This document shows positions 58,510-64,000 of a DNA stretch of 64,000 nucleotides, piece after piece. The position numbers and the translations under genes were made by a program. Positions within the stretch are counted from its first letter, which is position 1, and each line of letters opens with the position of its first letter. The stretch is from Podarcis bocagei (taxonomy: Eukaryota). The notes beneath the pieces were generated by a model that saw only the letters and a list, made by a program, of their open reading frames with translations, was not told where the DNA came from and did no database searches. The stretch is from NCBI GenBank assembly GCA_964188305.1, contig OZ076886.1; one strand, 5' to 3'.

Positions 58510-61502
58510 GTAAGTGATTCCAACCTACCCACTTATCTAGATTTATGTGTGTCATTGCTAATGGAAGTTCTGCTGCATACATAGTAGTCTATACATGCAT
58601 TTATACAACCCATGTTGCATGCACAGATAGAAATCTGTGGGGAATCACTGTCAGACATAGGATAATGTGAGCACAACTATAGTGAAGAAACAAATATTAA
58701 GTCAGAATGGAGATAATAATTGCTTGGGGTTTTTTCCTTGAATAAATTGATGGTGACAATCAGTTTGGGGCTTGGTCCAATTTGACATTTCAGATGGTTA
58801 AAAATAATATATATGTTGACCTTTCCAATTTCTAATTTGTATGTAAGTGGAATTTGAGGAATTCTCAGTATGTAAGTAAACATTTTGTTAAGCTCTGGTC
58901 ACTACAGTCTAGTGAAAATTTAACTCAGTACCTGAACTGCATATCATATATTAAGGGAAGGCATCTGAACTGGAAACCCACATCTGAACCATATTTGTGA
59001 ATCTTCAGGGAATTCAATATATAAGCTTCATCAACCACTGGAGTGAAAATTTGGACGGTTGCCTGGAAAGTTTTAAGTTAGTTATCACATAGATGGAAAG
59101 GTGGGAAGCTCACAGCACCCATCTCCTTCCTTTCTGCAGCCACCTCCTGGACATGCCTGCTAGTATGTGGATGTATGCTAGCTCAGAAGTAAAATGTCCT
59201 CTTGCTGTGGTGTGAGATGGAAAACAGGAGGGAGTCCCACCAAATGGGTGGGAAACCCCAGGCCCAGTGGTCATTCAACAGCAACCAAGCAAGCAAACCA
59301 CCCACCCACATATTCTTCAAACTCCTGTGGTTTCTCTTGTGGGGAGGCCTAGAATTTTACACTTTCTTCTCATTCTGGACAAGCTGCTAGCAGAGGCAGA
59401 TTTAGGGCAGCATGACAGGTTTCCCTGCACTGGATGCTGAGCTGTGTGTGTGTGTGCTGCAGGGTGTCACAACTATGATGTAGTGCACATGCAGAATAGA
59501 AGGCGAGAGGGGTGAGAGGGGTGAATTTTGGCCTTGCACAGGGTGCTGCTGAAATTTGAAAGACCAAGGCACATCCCTGTTGCTAGCTTTACAACCATTA
59601 CAGACACTCCAGAAAAGACCACCTAATGTGGTTTTCTCATTCAGGTTTATGAAGCATGATACTTTGTATGGTTAGGGTTGCTTCTTAAGCACCACCAAGA
59701 AACAGCAAATGTTTCAACAAGAAAAGGGAACAGAGCGCACAGATTTGCATAGAAGTTGCATATATGCTAATTTAGAAATAATTACAATACTTTATAGAAT
59801 TACATCTTACTGTATTGGGGTCGACTTTGATCAGGTGACCTGTGTGATTGTTCATTTGACTGTCTGGGGACTAACTGTTGATGGTCAACTTCAAGGTCTC
59901 TTTAAACTGGACTTGTCCTGGACAGCCCTTTGAACAGAGGATGCCTTTGCATAAAGGACTGTCCACTGTAAAATAGGGTACATGCAGACTGCTGGGTCCA
60001 CATTTCATCTCCATGGTGAGCTTATTAAGTGGTTTTGAGCAAGCAACTTGTTTCTCGGCCTCAGTCTGGGCCCTTTGTCTGCATCATCACCACCACCACC
60101 ACCAATATCAGTAGTAGTTCTCTTACTGTTTTTTATTACCTGCCCTTTACCAGCAGAGGCTGGGTTGCAACAATTTAAAATTCAGTATTAAAAACAGTTA
60201 AAACAAAGTGCAGTCGCAGGAACAGGGTGGATCCTGAAAACATGTATCTCAGGTGTCAAAGGCCGGAGGAAAGAAATGCATCTTCAGCATTTGCTGAAAG
60301 CTGTATTGTATAGGTTGCAGATGCACCTCTGTGGGAAGTGAATCCCACAATTTAGGGGCTGCCACAGAGAATGCCCTCCCCCAGGACACCCACCCCAACT
60401 TCTGAGGGTGGTAGAAGGCCCTTTCTTGGAATTTTCCCCTCAGCCTGCCTTATAAGGAAGTGAAATATTAGTGAAATAGTACTTGTGAAGTGATTTGAAC
60501 CCTGAAAGTTCTATACGAATGACAACAAGAATAATAATAGCAAAGGGTCCCTGTGGACCAGTCAGGAGGGCCTTGGAAAATGTCATTACCTCTTACACTT
60601 TATTTTCCTGAGTCCAGTGAGGCAAGAACCTGACCTAAATAAACATTAATTTCCTATACCAGGGTCACACCCACACCATACACACAAAGTCCATTGAAAG
60701 CATGTGGCTTCCCCCAAAGAAACATAAGAACTGTAGTTTGTCAAGGGTTCTGGAAACTGTAGTTCTCTGAGGGGTAAACTACTGTTCCCAGGATTCTTTG
60801 GGGGCAAGCCATGTGCTTTAAATGTATGGCATGGATGCAGGCCCGTTCAGACCTTGTCTGAGGCATGGGCTGAGAGTCTTGTTCTTGGTGTGACAGTGCA
60901 AGTCTGGAAGGCCCCTAGCTTGCTTAGCTCTCTGAAACCGGGGGCAAGTGTACCTGGCTGCCCCCCTCCCTCTGCAGCAGCCTGTGTGGATGTGACCTGA
61001 GTGGATGCTTACATGGCCAGCGAGGGAACGTGCTGGGAAAAGGGTTGGCAAGGCATCCTGCAGCCACTTTCATCTTTTGCCACCATTATGGCAGCATCCT
61101 AGCCAGGTTTCTGGAGAAGCTTTCCGCCCCCCTGAGAACAAGCGTGCATTAATCCTTCCTCTTCCCGCTGTAGGGCTGGTGGCCCTTTGGTCTGTTGTGG
61201 TGTGTGCTGTGGAGAGGTACCTGGTGGTTTGCAGGCCATTCAAAGGCATCCAGTTTGGGAAGAAGCATGCCCTCCTGGCGCTCCTGTTTACCTGGCTCTG
61301 GTGTATCATGTGGACTCTGCCACCGCTTTTTGGTTGGAGTAGCTATGATGTGGAAGGCATTGCCTCAAACTGCGCTCTGGCCTGGCACAGAGAAGACTGG
61401 AACAGCCGCAGTTACCACTTGTCTCTCTTCGTGTGGTGCTTCCTGCTTCCTTTGGCCCTTATTCTCTGGTCCTACGGCAAGCTCATTTACGTCCTCAAAC
61501 AG
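58155..61502 (+). CDS. Non-visual ciliary opsin of the parapinopsin/parietopsin-related group (lepidopsin / Q113-bistable opsin-like); exons 1-2 only, TM6-7 not found in window
   Basis: Exon 1 58155-58509 and exon 2 61174-61502 splice in phase 1. Colinear with bovine rhodopsin over TM2-TM3 and ECL2: LRVPINY, D83, C110, Q113, ERY, PPLFGWSSY, E181, C187. K296 is not visible. Confidence 0.9.
60662..60844. repeat. Palindromic MITE-like element in opsin intron 1
   Basis: Imperfect inverted arms (AAAGCATGTGGCTTCCCCCAAAGAA ... TTCTTTGGGGGCAAGCCATGTGCTTT) that could form a hairpin. Confidence 0.6.
61174..61502 (+). CDS. Opsin coding exon 2 (TM3 end, TM4, ECL2, TM5)
   Basis: Acceptor ccttcctcttcccgctgtag|GG; LVALWSVVVCAVERYLVVCRPF...WTLPPLFGWSSYDVEGIASNCALAW...CFLLPLALILWSYGKLIYVLKQ|gtgagt. 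Confidence 0.92.
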
Positions 61503-62572
61503 GTGAGTCGTCCTCAAACAGGTGAGTCACCCACCCTGCTTCTACATAGCTGAGGAAATCATTCACTAGTTCTGCTAAGGGTCTGGAGTGCATGTTCCAA
61601 AAGGGTTCTTGCAACTGATTTCCACAGTTTGGTAGTCTGAGGCCTAGAAGAAAAATGTCTGCTTTGTACCATACTCAGGACGCTTGCAGGCCCTTGCTAC
61701 TTTCAGGTTCGGTCACATACTGGTAAATTCAAGTTGTGCAAATAAAGCTGATTTGGAGCTCTGGCCCGACAAACCCACTCCCTCCCAAAACTAGTTGCAA
61801 TGAGGCAAGCAATGGGAAAATGCACTGCAAAGAGTGGGATAACTTTTGTTTGACGTAATACCATCTAACCTCCTGCAAGTAAATGGGGATGAAGGCTCAG
61901 TAAGTAGCTGGTGCTGTCTAACACCCCGCAAACTTTGTGCTAACAAATCGGGATGAAGGCTCTATAGACAGGTTGTCTTCTGATTGTTCCATTAGTAGTA
62001 TAAGCATTTCCGCTTCCCAGATGGAACAATCTAGCCTTCCCTTCCTTTACGCTTGTTCTCCCTGTCCAGAGTGGATTTGGGGGAAGAGGTGGGGGAAGTC
62101 CCATTATGGTATTGGGAGACCTTGCTCTGGCTTCAAGTTGCAGGACAGCTCAGTTAAATCCAGCCCTGAGTTTTTAAATGGAGGGTGAGGAACATTTTTT
62201 CAATCTGAGGGCTGCGTTCCTTCCCAGGCAACCTTCTTCCTTTCAAAGTACACACACACACAGAAAACCTTGCAAAGCCTTTCCATGCATTTAAATGGAG
62301 AGATATTTCAATGAGTTCAAAAAGTTTGTGAGCAGGGTTTGATGAGGCCCAAAGCTACTGAAGGTAATGGGGCCCTTATCTGGCTGTCCTTTGCCAACAA
62401 CAAATTGTCGCTGTTTTTTGTGTTGAATATATGCTATATGGTAATTTATGGACCTAATAGGTATCTAAAGCCATTTGCACGTAACAAAATATGTATTTTA
62501 TCAAAGTAATTGTTGAACTGAAATACAATTAAGAAGAAGTATATTAATAGTATATTATATAGTATATTAATA

Positions 62573-63290
62573 GGGACATGGGGGGCGCTGTGGTCTAAAC
62601 CACAGAGCCTAGGGCTTGCTGATCAGAAGGTCAGCAGTTCGAATCCCCGTGATGGGGTGAGCTCCCGTTGCTTGGTCCCTGCTCCTGCCAACCTAGCAGT
62701 TTGAAAGCACGCCAAAGTGCAAGTACAGTGGTGCCCCACAAGACGAATGCCTCGCAAGACGGAAAACCCGCTAGACAAAAGGGTTTTCCGTTTTTGAGCT
62801 GCTTCGCAAGACGATTTTCCCTATGGGCTTGCTTTGCAAGACGAAAACGTCTTGCGAGTGTTCCAATTTTTTCCCACTCCCCCCCTTTTTCTAAGCCGCT
62901 AAGCCGCTAATAGCCTTTTAGCCGCTAATCCGCTAAGCCTTTAATAGCTGCTAAGCCTTTAATAGCCGCTAAACCGCTAATAGCGCTAATCCGCTAAGCC
63001 GCTAATAGGGTTGCTTCGCAAGACGAAAAAACTGCTAGACGAAGAGACTCACGGAATGGATTAATTTCGTCTTGCGAGGCACCACTGTAGATAAATAGGT
63101 ACTGCTCTGGCGGGAAGGTAAACGGTGTTTCCGTGTGCTGCTCTGGTTCGCCAGAAGTGGCTTAGTCATGCTGGCCACATGGCCCGGAAGCTGTACGCCG
63201 GCTCCCTCGGCCAGTAAAGTGAGATGAGCGTCGCAACCCCAGAGTCGGCCACGACTGGACCTAATGGTCAGGGGTCCCTTTACCTTTACC
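62573..63290 (+). mobile_element. Sauria SINE interrupted by a MITE
   Basis: tRNA-like head (GGCGCTGTGGTCTAAACC...GTTCGAATCCC) and (ACCTTT)n tail; the halves rejoin at AAGTGCAAGTA|GATAAATAGG. Confidence 0.85.
62726..63087. mobile_element. Tc1/mariner-type MITE, family C, inserted inside a Sauria SINE
   Basis: TIRs CAGTGGTGCC...GGCACCACTG with TA duplication, repeated GCAAGACG subterminal motifs and an internal GCCGCTAA-type array. Confidence 0.85.
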
Positions 63291-64000
63291 CATATCAATA
63301 GTGAAATAATGATTAAGCTCTAACTTAAAATGATTTTTATTCATAACAAACTTAATAATGCAAACACATTTTTTTCCTTTAATTTTTTTGGGGGCCCCCA
63401 AGAGAGTGGAGCCCTAAGCTATAGCTTGTTTAGCTTATACGTAAATCCGGCACAAATTGTGAGCCTGGAGCTGAGTCTTCCACTGATATGAATGGAGACA
63501 GAACCTACTTGCATAGCAGTCCCTTTATGTATCTGAGCTCTGGATCAGATTAGGAACAGAGGAAGCTGCTTTACTCTGAGTCAGGTCATTGGTATCATCT
63601 AGCTCAGTACTGTCTACACTGATGGCAGCAACTCATTGATTTCAAGTGGGATCTTTCTTAGCCCTACCTGGAGCTGCTGGGGATTGAACCAGGGGCCTTC
63701 TCCATGCAGGGCAGGAGCTCTGCCACTGAGCCACAGATTTTAGGATCAGGCCAACACTGAAGAAATCTAGGCAAAATTCCATGATGTTTCAACTTATGTT
63801 TAAGTTGAAAAGCTGCATGTGGGTGGGTGTGAAATGGCAAAAGAAAAAGAAAGAAAGAGCAACAACCGATCGTTCAGTCTTGGGACGACAATACATACTT
63901 AGGCTCCAGTAACAACTGTCTGACCTTAAGGCATTTGAAGGAGGCATGTCTTTTGCACTAATATGACTTGCAGCTATTTATAGGCACATTATTTCAGGGC

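Noticed and set aside
58155-61502. Calling the opsin parietopsin, parapinopsin, pinopsin or a visual opsin
   Set aside because: Q113 and the fused exon argue against visual opsins and pinopsin, and Q113 argues against parapinopsin. The TM3 and ECL2 motifs differ from parietopsin as I recall it. No gene symbol is assigned without a phylogeny.
62580-62660. tRNA gene
   Set aside because: The A/B-box-like sequence is the tRNA-derived head of a Sauria SINE, not a complete cloverleaf.
61503-64000. Search for opsin exons encoding TM6-TM7 (K296)
   Set aside because: No convincing exon found. The region is mostly repeats, so the exons probably lie beyond the window; this is not evidence of pseudogenisation.

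Overview
Vertebrate genomic DNA from a squamate reptile, most likely a lacertid lizard (inferred from Sauria SINEs and CR1/L2 tails). Four protein-coding genes were assembled by hand from GT-AG splice sites. (1) The 5' end of STAB1 (minus strand, exons 1-4). (2) Complete NISCH (minus strand, 21 coding exons, 1418 aa). (3) Complete TNNC1 (plus strand, 6 exons, 161 aa), head-to-head with NISCH. (4) About 2.6 kb after the TNNC1 stop, the first two exons of a non-visual ciliary opsin with Q113, E181, an unusual N186 and a fused exon 2+3. This opsin belongs to the parapinopsin/parietopsin neighbourhood but matches neither well. From memory it fits the recently named lepidopsin / Q113-bistable (QB) opsin lineage; mammals have no opsin at this locus. 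Other notable items: a 19-bp duplication of the opsin exon 2 donor, a polyQ uORF in the NISCH leader, a solo LTR carrying a 185-aa ORF, a likely muscle enhancer in TNNC1 intron 1, and a nested transposon stack in the opsin intron. All family assignments rest on recognition, not database searches.
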